Notes: generated by a model not told the origin, from the letters alone. Shown: positions 8,432 to 17,732, numbered from the stretch's first letter. The stretch is 64,000 bases of DNA from an uncultured virus (IMG/VR IMGVR_UViG_3300027785_001786) (IMGVR_UViG_3300027785_001786), one strand, 5' to 3'. Numbers and translations are program-made.

Positions 8432-8943
8432 GTTGTTTCAAATAGTAAGTTAAAATATGAATCTGCTCTATACATTTTTTTAGAAACTGTATTAGAACAA
8501 ACACCCCAAGTTTTAATAATTTTATCTCTTAAAAAGGAATATGAATTTGCTTCCGAAGGAATATTAAGCGGGCATTCTCCGCTATTACATGCAGAATATG
8601 GATAATCCAACTCTACTTTCTTAACATGCAATTTATAATTCTCAATTATCTTAGATAACTCTAGTAGTATAGCATCTTCTGGCATTTTAAAAAGTTCAGT
8701 TTGCCCACTTATTTTATTAATATGTGTACCGGAATACACATAAAAATCACGTTTAAAAGTCTCTTCAAGGAAGTTTATGTGTACTGGATCTCCTAAAAAA
8801 ACATGATTGAGATAAAACTTTTCAGAACAATTTTTTTGTCGACTGCGTACTGCCGAATACGGAGTCATTGCCTTACCAAGTTTTTTCCAATCAGGATTTC
8901 CTGATAGATCATTGTGCAAATACAGTATGAAACTTTTACTCAT
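8428..8943 (-). CDS. T5orf172/GIY-YIG-like protein, possible nuclease
   Basis: FILYL..KKLGKA...RSRQ...LEETFKR...QTELFK pattern; visibly more AT-rich than its neighbours. Confidence 0.5.
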   Translation of the reverse strand: MSKSFILYLHNDLSGNPDWKKLGKAMTPYSAVRSRQKNCSEKFYLNHVFLGDPVHINFLEETFKRDFYVYSGTHINKISGQTELFKMPEDAILLELSKIIENYKLHVKKVELDYPYSACNSGECPLNIPSEANSYSFLRDKIIKTWGVCSNTVSKKMYRADSYFNLLFETT

Positions 8944-9455
8944 AATGTTGTATCTTGAGTGTACTGATCCCAATGAGTATACTTGTCTTTACTCATCAAG
9001 CTCTGTAAGTGATGTGTCCACACGCCTGGATTTGTAGCACCCCAAGTTCGGTCGTCCAGTTTAAGTGTGGCATTGTAATTGAGTTGATTAATGTAAGGTA
9101 ATTTGACACTAATCATAGGGACAAAGCGAGGATATTCGTTATATGCGGATTCCAATACACCTTCGATGTGTTCAACACCAAAGTCTAGTGATACCCAGTA
9201 GTCTGCTTTTAGACAGCCCATAATAACGTCATCCCACGCTTTATATTCTTCGTGGCTGATTGCCGTTGGATTAAAACTTTGGCTTGTACCAAAGTAGATA
9301 TGTTTTACATCAGCGTCTTTTGCTTTTGTAAGAATTTCTTCAATAGGTGGTGTACCTACAACAAACAATGTGAACATACCATGACAAATAGTATGCTCGA
9401 CCTCATAACCTGTAAAGTAAACGACGCCTTGTCGTTGTTCAGTGTTTAGTCCCAT
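8940..9455 (-). CDS. hypothetical protein within the modification operon
   Basis: GYEVEHT..TLFVVG, HIYFG..QSF, KLDDRTW.ATNPGVW. Confidence 0.75.
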   Translation of the reverse strand: MGLNTEQRQGVVYFTGYEVEHTICHGMFTLFVVGTPPIEEILTKAKDADVKHIYFGTSQSFNPTAISHEEYKAWDDVIMGCLKADYWVSLDFGVEHIEGVLESAYNEYPRFVPMISVKLPYINQLNYNATLKLDDRTWGATNPGVWTHHLQSLMSKDKYTHWDQYTQDTTL

Positions 9456-10345
9456 TTGATATAACCTCTGCTGTAATCGCTTGGACGATCCCTACCATCC
9501 GCAAACGCTTGTTGCCATTCAGTGTTACGATTATAACACCGAGTCCAAAAACTATCAACCTCGAGATAACCGTTTTCAATCATCCATACTGCATCTTTCA
9601 TACATTGGAAAAAGCCATCAGTACGTGGGCTTGGCCGAACTGTAGTACAGGCTTTCCAAAGTTGTGCCTGTGCTTCTTCTCTGCTTACTGCTTTACCAAT
9701 ACCGTCGATAATAAGAGCATTGTTATTTAGGTTAATATCTATACCTAAAGAATATTTTCCACCCAAGTCAATAACTACGTCATAACTTTCGCTGGTACCA
9801 ACCAATAGTTTATCACTCCACAGTTCAATATTGCTAGAACCTAGTACGTCAATTTGTTTTATCTTAGTACCAGTACTATAGGTATTCAATCTGTGAAAAG
9901 CCACCCAAGCAAGGAAACCACTGCCCAAAATCAATACTTTACCCTGCGACCGTTGTTTGATTTCGTGCCACGCTTGCTCTACCACATTGATACCACATGC
10001 TACCGGTTCGATAATATAACGTGGATCAGCTTCTGGTACTACTACAAACTCTTTATCACGAACATTATAATAATCCGCATACGCAGGTTCACCACGTGTG
10101 GCAACATAGTCGCCTTCTTTAACACCGGTAACTAATGAACCAACTCGTGTAACTTGTCCTAATCCTTCATGCCCTTGCATACTGAGTGGCAATGGTCCAA
10201 AGTCGCCCATCATCATATCAATGTCACTGCGACATACACCAGTCATTACAGCTCTTACTTCAATTTGATCTGAAGCGGGTGCTGGTTTGTCGTACTCTAC
10301 TTCTTCAAAGTAGCCTTGCCCTGTTGTTTGTAAACAGCGTGTCAT
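9446..10345 (-). CDS. zinc-dependent (MDR family) alcohol/polyol dehydrogenase
   Basis: GVCRSD, GHEGLG, GDYV, EPVAC and the Rossmann VLILGSGFLA. Confidence 0.88.
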   Translation of the reverse strand: MTRCLQTTGQGYFEEVEYDKPAPASDQIEVRAVMTGVCRSDIDMMMGDFGPLPLSMQGHEGLGQVTRVGSLVTGVKEGDYVATRGEPAYADYYNVRDKEFVVVPEADPRYIIEPVACGINVVEQAWHEIKQRSQGKVLILGSGFLAWVAFHRLNTYSTGTKIKQIDVLGSSNIELWSDKLLVGTSESYDVVIDLGGKYSLGIDINLNNNALIIDGIGKAVSREEAQAQLWKACTTVRPSPRTDGFFQCMKDAVWMIENGYLEVDSFWTRCYNRNTEWQQAFADGRDRPSDYSRGYIKWD

Positions 10346-11226
10346 AGTTTTTCTATTCTCTCATGGATCCAAGTATCAACGGCATATTGCTGTAACCAGA
10401 AATCGGAATTGTCCATATTAGCAACAGCATCCACGATCATATTATGGTATGCCTCTTCCGGGCACCATCCCAATTCAAATCGTTCTATCTTATTATCTGG
10501 CATGACAAACACAATGGAACTGTCTTCTTCGTCCTGACTACGCCAATTGGCCGCTAACCGCCATTTGTTACCAAAGTTAATCACGCACATGTCATCAACG
10601 TTGTATGTACCAGTGGGATTGACAGTGCCGTACTCAGTGCTTTCGATATCCGTTAATTCCCAACATTGCATGGCAGTTTGCCCAGATACCGTTTCATGTT
10701 TCCAATCAGAATTCATAGCCACATACAAACTCAACAAGTGTGGCATTAGGTCTCTACTAACTCCGCCAAACGCCAACTTCTTAGTTGTAAACCAACTACC
10801 GGGACTGGGAATACAATTCTTTCTAATCCAACGTATTTTTACAGTCTTAGCTTGGCTGGCTAGAGTTTTTAATTCTTCTATGTTACTACGCCACATATTG
10901 TTTTTAACCATTATGAAACGTGTTTGTTTAAATTCAGTTACAAGTTTAGTCCAAGTATCGCTAGTGGCAACTCCTGGTTTTTCAATAAACACAATTTTAC
11001 TATGTGGAGCAACTCTGGCCGCAATTTCAAAGTGTGTAAAATTAGGAGTACAGATATGAGCAGTATCAAATAAGCCGTGTACTAGTAATGCTTTATCAAC
11101 AGAATCAAAGTCTGCTTTTTTACTAATATCTTGGTCAACAGTAACAACAGTGTGTCCAAGTTTTGTCAGTACATCTTTGTACAAGTTACCAATACCCATG
11201 CCAATTACTAGACTACGCTTGCTCAT
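10342..11226 (-). CDS. Gfo/Idh/MocA family oxidoreductase
   Basis: VIGMGIG, ICTPNFTH, VFIEKP, GGVSRDLMPHLLS. Confidence 0.88.
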   Translation of the reverse strand: MSKRSLVIGMGIGNLYKDVLTKLGHTVVTVDQDISKKADFDSVDKALLVHGLFDTAHICTPNFTHFEIAARVAPHSKIVFIEKPGVATSDTWTKLVTEFKQTRFIMVKNNMWRSNIEELKTLASQAKTVKIRWIRKNCIPSPGSWFTTKKLAFGGVSRDLMPHLLSLYVAMNSDWKHETVSGQTAMQCWELTDIESTEYGTVNPTGTYNVDDMCVINFGNKWRLAANWRSQDEEDSSIVFVMPDNKIERFELGWCPEEAYHNMIVDAVANMDNSDFWLQQYAVDTWIHERIEKL

Positions 11227-11458
11227 TTTTCTTTTCCTCGTAGGATTTAAACAAACGGGTTACAGCTTCCATCTGTTCTTGGAATATGTCTGGAGCACCT
11301 TCAGCCGCACGTTTCATATCCCAGTCGCTGGGATAATGACGTAAACAACTTCTTGCTTGATCTTTAATTGCTTTTGGAACTCGAGGAGTAGTTAAGATCT
11401 GTAATAAAAATCGTTGAGTCTGTACTACTGCTCGATATCGTTCGTCAGGTAATGTCAT
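11213..11458 (-). CDS. BPSL0761-like small protein
   Basis: MTLPDERYRAV...PRVPKAI...LRHYP pattern. Confidence 0.65.
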   Translation of the reverse strand: MTLPDERYRAVVQTQRFLLQILTTPRVPKAIKDQARSCLRHYPSDWDMKRAAEGAPDIFQEQMEAVTRLFKSYEEKKNEQA

Positions 11459-13142
11459 GATGTAATTGTGCTTCCAAGTCATCTAATTTATCAGTGTCAA
11501 AATCTACTTCTTCTTCTAATTGTACACTATCTTCCTCTACTTCGTCAAAGAGAGTGGAAAACATAGTACTAGCGTTAACTGTTTTCTTACCAATGGCACC
11601 ACGTGTGCCGGGAATAGCCATCCAAAATTTACTATATGCTTCGATAATCCCTTCAGCAATAGCTCTGTCGTCTGTACTAAAGATAGCATCGACAACATCT
11701 TTAAAGTATGTACGATTGAATCTTTCATCTACCAGCATACTTGGGCATAGTCCAGCATCATATTGGCGATTAGCTTCTTGTACGCTGTTCAAATGTAACC
11801 AAACATTATGACCCATCATAATTGCGTAAGTAAAACTATCCCAGCTGGTCTTTCCTATCTTACCAATTTTGTTAACGTCATTTGGACCGTAGATACAAAT
11901 GTCTTTAACCTCTACCCCGTCCATCATTGGACTTGTAGTAAAACTGATAAAGTGTTTATCCTGAACAACTACATCTTGGAAGAGTCGTGTATCTTGGCTG
12001 TACTTTTTGTCATCAAGAGACGGCAACATTCGGTAGAGCCATTTTTCTCTGTCTTTGATTTCTGTTTGGACATAGATTTGACCGTTTGCTGTGGCAAGGA
12101 ACGGTGAGGCGCAGTCAAAAGAGATGGTAAAGTTTTCATTATGATATTTCCTTATAGCTCGTTGTATGTCAGTTAATAACAATGCCCACTCTAACTTAGA
12201 GGTGCCTAGGAAGTGCATCCAGTCTTGATGACCCTTTTCAAGGAGTCCATCGAACTTCAATGCCACTAATCTTCTTAAAACTAAATCCACATCACACATG
12301 TTTTGGCCACCCATGGCCCAACCATTGAACGGACGTTCATATTTTGTTGGATCGGAAAAGTCTTTCATTTGCTGATACCAATCTTCTGCCTGTGCGTGAT
12401 TCTCGCCCTGTAATACATTTAAAAACTTACAAGCACCTGTACGATGTTTAATAAAGTACTCGTTATTGTATTTGGTTGCACTAACAGCTTGGTCGTAACT
12501 GGCAACTCCACTATTCTTAGCACCAACCGGACTGCGACCGACCCATGCTGGAATGTCAAGCACCATGCCATAGTCCATGAGAGCATCCATCCAAGTTAAT
12601 ACTTGTTCACGTTTCTTTTGTGCCGCATCCAGTTTGGCTTGATACACTTTAACATGATCAACTTTAGTATACTTGGGATTGCCATTTTTATCTGTTTTAG
12701 GATGACCAGTTGGATGCATTTGTGGCACTAGTTCAATGCCTTTTGCAACTGCTTCGGCCATACGTTGTGCAACTACTGGCCCAGTTGGATCATTCCATTC
12801 GCCTTCCCACACACCTTTACCAATCTGAAAACCTCCAGAGTCGCCTAGCACCCAACTGGTGCTACGGTCTCTATTACGAAACATATCTTCACTCGGGTCT
12901 GGTTTAGTCAAGTCCAAGTTAGCATGTCCAGCTGAATACAAACAATGGTCAAAGTAAAATGCCGCATTGGGATTCAAATAGTTCATAGCTTCAACGCCCA
13001 TAGGGCCAAAGCTCGCAGGAATACGAGCAGGATCCACATAGTTGCTGTAACGCTGTTTACCTATGTACGTGCTGTAAAAACCACTTGTTGCTGGCAAGAA
13101 GTATGCGTAATCGCTCTGATGTGCTGTTAGGTTCTTATTCAA
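11445..13142 (-). CDS. dpdA: TGT-fold guanine transglycosylase, probable DNA 7-deazaguanine insertase (DpdA family)
   Basis: LGDSGGFQ, MVLDIP, NVLQG, GWAMGG, HFLG, SFDCASP motifs. No CxCxxC zinc site. Clustered with folE and queE. Confidence 0.8.
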   Translation of the reverse strand: MNKNLTAHQSDYAYFLPATSGFYSTYIGKQRYSNYVDPARIPASFGPMGVEAMNYLNPNAAFYFDHCLYSAGHANLDLTKPDPSEDMFRNRDRSTSWVLGDSGGFQIGKGVWEGEWNDPTGPVVAQRMAEAVAKGIELVPQMHPTGHPKTDKNGNPKYTKVDHVKVYQAKLDAAQKKREQVLTWMDALMDYGMVLDIPAWVGRSPVGAKNSGVASYDQAVSATKYNNEYFIKHRTGACKFLNVLQGENHAQAEDWYQQMKDFSDPTKYERPFNGWAMGGQNMCDVDLVLRRLVALKFDGLLEKGHQDWMHFLGTSKLEWALLLTDIQRAIRKYHNENFTISFDCASPFLATANGQIYVQTEIKDREKWLYRMLPSLDDKKYSQDTRLFQDVVVQDKHFISFTTSPMMDGVEVKDICIYGPNDVNKIGKIGKTSWDSFTYAIMMGHNVWLHLNSVQEANRQYDAGLCPSMLVDERFNRTYFKDVVDAIFSTDDRAIAEGIIEAYSKFWMAIPGTRGAIGKKTVNASTMFSTLFDEVEEDSVQLEEEVDFDTDKLDDLEAQLHHDIT

Positions 13143-13338
13143 TTTTGCCCCACTTTATTTTTAACCAAATTCTTTCATGAATATAATAGTCTACACTTAA
13201 AAGAACATGCAATGCTGTGGCAAATCCTGTAGCACTAGTAATATCTCCTGTGAACAAATATGTCCAGACGATAGTGAACAACCATGCCGTTAACCGGTAT
13301 GTAAGCATTCTCACCACTGTTCTTTTTTTAGTTTCCAT
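13135..13338 (-). CDS. DUF2061-like small membrane protein
   Basis: METKKRTVVRMLTYR...YYIHERIWLKIKWG. Confidence 0.7.
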   Translation of the reverse strand: METKKRTVVRMLTYRLTAWLFTIVWTYLFTGDITSATGFATALHVLLSVDYYIHERIWLKIKWGKIE

Positions 13339-13339
13339 T

Positions 13340-13504
13340 CTATTTCCGTGATCGTACTTCATGCACGATCTGACCTATCTCATTTTTTGAACGAACTCGT
13401 TCTCTATCTAAATACTCTACACGAGTAGAAAGACGAATAACTTGTTCCTTCAAGAACTGTATCTGTCTTTCCAATTCGAGTATTTTTGGATCTACTTGGC
13501 TCAT
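13340..13504 (-). CDS. small coiled-coil protein (54 aa)
   Basis: Translated by hand: MSQVDPKILELERQIQFLKEQVIRL...RSRK. ATGA-coupled to the clamp gene. Confidence 0.6.
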   Translation of the reverse strand: MSQVDPKILELERQIQFLKEQVIRLSTRVEYLDRERVRSKNEIGQIVHEVRSRK

Positions 13505-14232
13505 TTAGCTTGTGCTGGCAAAATGTAATTGTATTCAGCCAATCCACTGTTTACTGTAATTTGCAATGCACCTGCATCACTGATACGCATTGTGCAGTCG
13601 CCGCTCAAGTTCAAAATGCTTTGTACTTGACTAACTGGCCATGCCCAAGTTTGTTTTAGTTTACCAGTAACTCCTGCTTGGAATACAAAATTACCAGAGT
13701 GTGTTGTTGCATCACCGAAACTAAAAATCAAGTTGTCATCCTTAGTTGTTACTTGGAATGTTGTTTCTTCAGTGTGCGCGGCCGCTTGATATTTCAACTT
13801 TTGAATACTAGCCACAGTGGGTTCGAATTCAATATTCCAACTTGCGCCTTTGAACTTGACAGTTTTCATTTGTTCATTGATAATTTCAGCATTCATAAAA
13901 CGATAGTCGTTTTTAAAGTCGCCAAATGCATTTTCAAAATGCAGGCCTGTTGGGATATCTTCGCCGTTGCGTTGTTGTGTAACCACTTCAATGCTTGCGC
14001 CTTCTTTGTATTCGGGACACTTCAAATGCAAATCCAACTTGTTCAAGTTAGGCATACCAAACGTGCCTTCAAAATTACTGACGGGCGCATTTGTTTTGGC
14101 CTGCAAAATAACGCTACGGTCTTCTGCCATGCCTTCGATAACTGTTTCTTGGTCTGTGCTAGAAATTTTAACTAGCGGTAAAAATCCTAGACTATGCGTG
14201 TGTGCTACTAAGTCCTGTAAAATATCTTTCAT
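13501..14232 (-). CDS. probable sliding clamp (gp45-like)
   Basis: 243 aa, beta-rich two-domain pattern ending YNYILPAQ. Near the polymerase, and a clamp loader is present in the window. Confidence 0.65.
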   Translation of the reverse strand: MKDILQDLVAHTHSLGFLPLVKISSTDQETVIEGMAEDRSVILQAKTNAPVSNFEGTFGMPNLNKLDLHLKCPEYKEGASIEVVTQQRNGEDIPTGLHFENAFGDFKNDYRFMNAEIINEQMKTVKFKGASWNIEFEPTVASIQKLKYQAAAHTEETTFQVTTKDDNLIFSFGDATTHSGNFVFQAGVTGKLKQTWAWPVSQVQSILNLSGDCTMRISDAGALQITVNSGLAEYNYILPAQAK

Positions 14233-14250
14233 ATGAATCTCCTTATGTGT

Positions 14251-14279
14251 ATTATATTTAGGTTTTTGTTTAAAGTCAA
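14251..14279 (-). promoter_or_regulatory. sigma70-type promoter for the clamp-dpdA operon with overlapping CTAAATA
   Basis: TTGACT-N17-TATAAT followed by an AAGGAG SD. Confidence 0.8.
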
Positions 14280-15049
14280 GAGTTTTTTCTTACTTTATTG
14301 TTGTATTGGATAGATGATTCTACCAATGTTGCTGGCATTCCAATTGTGTTAGACCACTTTAAAAATGCTTCAGTATCTTTGGGAAAACATGCACCTCCCC
14401 ATCCTCGCTGTCCATCTGGCCCTGGAACCAGTGTATGTCCTGCTCCAATGCGTGTATCCTGACCTACAATATGTCTTACAATATCGTAGTCCATTTTGTT
14501 GTTATCACAAATATCAGCTATTTGATTAAAGTAACTGGCCTTGAGAGCAAGAAAACAATTCACAGTATATTTGATCATGCATGCCTCTTCTTCACTGCAT
14601 TGAAAAATCATTTTGCAATTAGGCAATGTAGTGGTGAATAATTCGTGCCAAAATCCTTCTGGATCTTCTCCGCCCACAATAATGTATTTTTGATTAACAA
14701 AATCCGCCTCAGCACTGTTGGCCCGCAAAAATTCTGGACTGTAAACAATGCTGTGATTTTCGTAAACTTCTTTAAAGCCCTGCACGTTAGGAGGAGTCAA
14801 TGTGCTTTTAATCATAACAGGCATGAAAAATGGAACATGATCTAACACATTGGCAATGTTGTTCGCATCACAAATTCCATTTTCAGTAGTTGGAGTAGAT
14901 ACACAAACAATAATGCCATCTGCATCTATATGGTCAGTGATTCGATTACTGTTATATTTTGGATCGATAATGACCAGTTCGTGTTTGGTTTGCAACGCAC
15001 TGGCCACTGCCTTTCCAACAAATCCGTATCCTGCAATTATTATTTTCAT
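14276..15049 (-). CDS. ugd: UDP-glucose/GDP-mannose dehydrogenase family protein, lacking the C-terminal domain
   Basis: IAGYGFVG, VCVSTP, IKST, SPEFLR, GWGGACFPKD. Confidence 0.88.
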   Translation of the reverse strand: MKIIIAGYGFVGKAVASALQTKHELVIIDPKYNSNRITDHIDADGIIVCVSTPTTENGICDANNIANVLDHVPFFMPVMIKSTLTPPNVQGFKEVYENHSIVYSPEFLRANSAEADFVNQKYIIVGGEDPEGFWHELFTTTLPNCKMIFQCSEEEACMIKYTVNCFLALKASYFNQIADICDNNKMDYDIVRHIVGQDTRIGAGHTLVPGPDGQRGWGGACFPKDTEAFLKWSNTIGMPATLVESSIQYNNKVRKNS

Positions 15050-15050
15050 A

Positions 15051-17720
15051 TTAGAACTCAAATAAACTATTAAAGGTATTCTTTTCTTCAGTGCTACGAA
15101 CGTCCCATTTCAATACGCCAATTAGGTTATCTAATTTGTTATCGATAATAGTTTGTTCCATTTCAGCGTGATCAAACGGCAAGTCTTTAAACCATTGTGG
15201 CAAACGTAATTCATCCACGGGATATGCCACTGATGTAAACCCCATGGGATTTTGTTTTAGTTTGCAAACAATAACTTTTTGACCGTCTGTGATGTTCATG
15301 CTGTATTTGTCACCGAACATACGTTTTAATGTATTCCAGTTAATGCTAGCACGAACATGTCCCGGCATGTTAGCTTTACCCGCATTGGCTTCTTTAGCTT
15401 GATATTCAGTAACTTTGTTGGCACGTTTGGGACTGCCTTTCTCCCAACCCGGCCTACTTTTAAATCTCAATCTAAATTCACTGATGTGTGCTAATACATC
15501 TTTTTCGGTGGTTCCTGTCAAGACCTTTTCAAGTACATCACTTAAAAAGTTCTGAATAAATTCCGGCGTATCACTACGCTTCAGATCCAAGCCCATGGCC
15601 TTGATCTTGCCAGGTTTACCATCTACGTCTGCCCGTTTGCCTTCCTTGTCATAGTACAGCACGGCATAACGCTTTTTAGTAATAAACAAACTCTTACTAC
15701 CAACGATTTCACGACCTGCTTTGATAACTTCACCGCGTGTTTTTGGCACGTGAAACGTATCCAACATAAACTGCGGAAAAGTTGTGTTAACTTCTTCGCT
15801 AATATTATCATATAGTTGAATTACATTTTCTTTGGTCCATTCGATGTTGCCAGAATCGATATCTTTCTTTAGTGTAGTGTATGCTGAAAAATAACAACTG
15901 TCAGTATCACCATAGATAATTGCTTTACCTCGGTAATCATAATCACCAGCAACAATTTCATTTACTTTGGCCGCCATGTGTTTAACAATTTGCCGACCAG
16001 TCAATGTAGTTGACTGTCCAATACGCTTGTCAAAGAATCTACAACCGGGATTCAAAATAGCACCATACAAACTGTTCAAGTTAATCTTCTTAACCAACTG
16101 TCGTTTGTCCCAGTACTCTTCTTCAATTTTGTTGCCAGTCTTAATACAGTCTTTGAGTTTGGCCTGCATCTCTTTACGTTCAGCATACCAACGCTTTAAC
16201 AAGCCAGGAATAACGCCTTCCTTTTCATAAGTAAAGATAGTGCCGTTGGCACTGAGTACCCAGGGCTGGTGACTATCAAAGATCAACTTGTATACTTCAG
16301 CCGCACTAATAACATCAGTTTGACCATTCTCCCAATCAATAGTAATGTCAGTACCAATCTCTTGATTCATTACTGCGGTATATTCCAGTGATCCAAATAC
16401 ACCTTCCCACGATGCCGCAAAGCTAGAACCTTTTGCCATCTTGTTATCAATGTACTCTTGAGTCATTGTTTGACGCAATTGTCCAATAATAGTCTCCGGA
16501 CCCATGTTCAGCGCACGAATAGCACTGGGATAAAGACTGTTGATGTCCAGCGAACCAATCCAGTCATGTATGCCTTCTTTGGGATAAGCAACATACGCAC
16601 CTGCGGCCGCTGTGTTTTCTTCACGGTCGTCCATCTTAGTACGATTAGGCACTTGCATGTTACGTCTGTGTGCTTCGTTAATAATGGCCTGTTCAGTCAC
16701 TGCAACAGCACCCATTGTGGTTTGTAACAGCACAGTATTTTCATGTGCCAGTGTGTTGGCAAGGTCAAGGAATTTCAGCTTCTTGTCTAAGCGATCAAGA
16801 AGCGCACAGTCTTGTCTGTTGTATTCAATGAACTTTTTAAAATCATGATTGTAAAGTTGATCCAGTGTGCCTTCGTATTGTGTTTTACGTTCGCCCAGCT
16901 CGTATTCTGCAATAGCATCCAATCGATAACTGTGACGTTCTTCATATGTGTACTTGCGATACAGTTCAAGACTGTCCAAATGCACACGCCCAACTAAATC
17001 ATATGTAACTGAATCGCGACCAAACTTTTCATATTCACGACGTTTGGGATATTGATCAAACAAACAAAAACGTCTTGTGTCATCTTTGCTCAGTGCTTTG
17101 GTAACACGGTTAACTGTGTACGGAATATCATAACCTTCACTGTTCCAACCAGTTAAAATATCCGCTTCTTTGATCAGGTCTAAAAACACATCCAACATTT
17201 CCGCTTCTGTTTTAAACAACATGGTATTTGGAAACTCTTCGACCATTGCTTTGGCTTCTTCCATAGTAAGTGTCTTTGGAGGAACTGCCAAGCACACCAT
17301 AGTATCCAACCATTGTAAGTGAACAGCGATAGCAGTGATAGGCATGAACGCATCATCTGGTGTGCTGTAGCCACGTTCTGGATCAAAGTCTACTTCGATG
17401 TCGAAAAACGCTACGTTTAGTTTGGGAGGGTCTGCATTTAGATAGTTTTCGCTCAGTGTTACAAAGATTGGATTGATATCACTTTCAAATAATTGCTTAC
17501 CTGAATTGATTGCTTGTTCTTTGCGTAATTCTTTTGTGCTCTTAACTACAACTTTGCTTAGAGCGTCACCGTAAATTGAAAGATACTTTCCACGGGCGTC
17601 TTTATAGTAAAATGTGTGGCGTACAGGAATGTCTCTAAATTCCCTTTCACCTTTTTTGTTGCGTTCGACAACTTTAATAACATCGTTATTACGGTCAAAC
17701 CATGCGTCTACATAGCTCAT
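15051..17720 (-). CDS. family B DNA polymerase (gp43-like)
   Basis: Exonuclease motifs FDIE, GWNSEGYD, YNRQD; polymerase motifs DINSLYPS, KINLNSLYG, YGDTDS, KKRYA. Confidence 0.97.
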   Translation of the reverse strand: MSYVDAWFDRNNDVIKVVERNKKGEREFRDIPVRHTFYYKDARGKYLSIYGDALSKVVVKSTKELRKEQAINSGKQLFESDINPIFVTLSENYLNADPPKLNVAFFDIEVDFDPERGYSTPDDAFMPITAIAVHLQWLDTMVCLAVPPKTLTMEEAKAMVEEFPNTMLFKTEAEMLDVFLDLIKEADILTGWNSEGYDIPYTVNRVTKALSKDDTRRFCLFDQYPKRREYEKFGRDSVTYDLVGRVHLDSLELYRKYTYEERHSYRLDAIAEYELGERKTQYEGTLDQLYNHDFKKFIEYNRQDCALLDRLDKKLKFLDLANTLAHENTVLLQTTMGAVAVTEQAIINEAHRRNMQVPNRTKMDDREENTAAAGAYVAYPKEGIHDWIGSLDINSLYPSAIRALNMGPETIIGQLRQTMTQEYIDNKMAKGSSFAASWEGVFGSLEYTAVMNQEIGTDITIDWENGQTDVISAAEVYKLIFDSHQPWVLSANGTIFTYEKEGVIPGLLKRWYAERKEMQAKLKDCIKTGNKIEEEYWDKRQLVKKINLNSLYGAILNPGCRFFDKRIGQSTTLTGRQIVKHMAAKVNEIVAGDYDYRGKAIIYGDTDSCYFSAYTTLKKDIDSGNIEWTKENVIQLYDNISEEVNTTFPQFMLDTFHVPKTRGEVIKAGREIVGSKSLFITKKRYAVLYYDKEGKRADVDGKPGKIKAMGLDLKRSDTPEFIQNFLSDVLEKVLTGTTEKDVLAHISEFRLRFKSRPGWEKGSPKRANKVTEYQAKEANAGKANMPGHVRASINWNTLKRMFGDKYSMNITDGQKVIVCKLKQNPMGFTSVAYPVDELRLPQWFKDLPFDHAEMEQTIIDNKLDNLIGVLKWDVRSTEEKNTFNSLFEF

Positions 17721-17732
17721 TTATTCTCCATA

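Noticed and set aside
11445..13142. Canonical tRNA-guanine transglycosylase for queuosine
   Set aside because: Much longer, lacks the zinc-binding Cys cluster, no queA/queF/queC in the window, and sits with replication genes. A tRNA target is not formally excluded.
16200..16500. Insertion in PolB between motifs A and B as an intein
   Set aside because: No intein N-terminal block, no His-Asn before Cys/Ser/Thr and no LAGLIDADG motif; it looks like a structural insertion.
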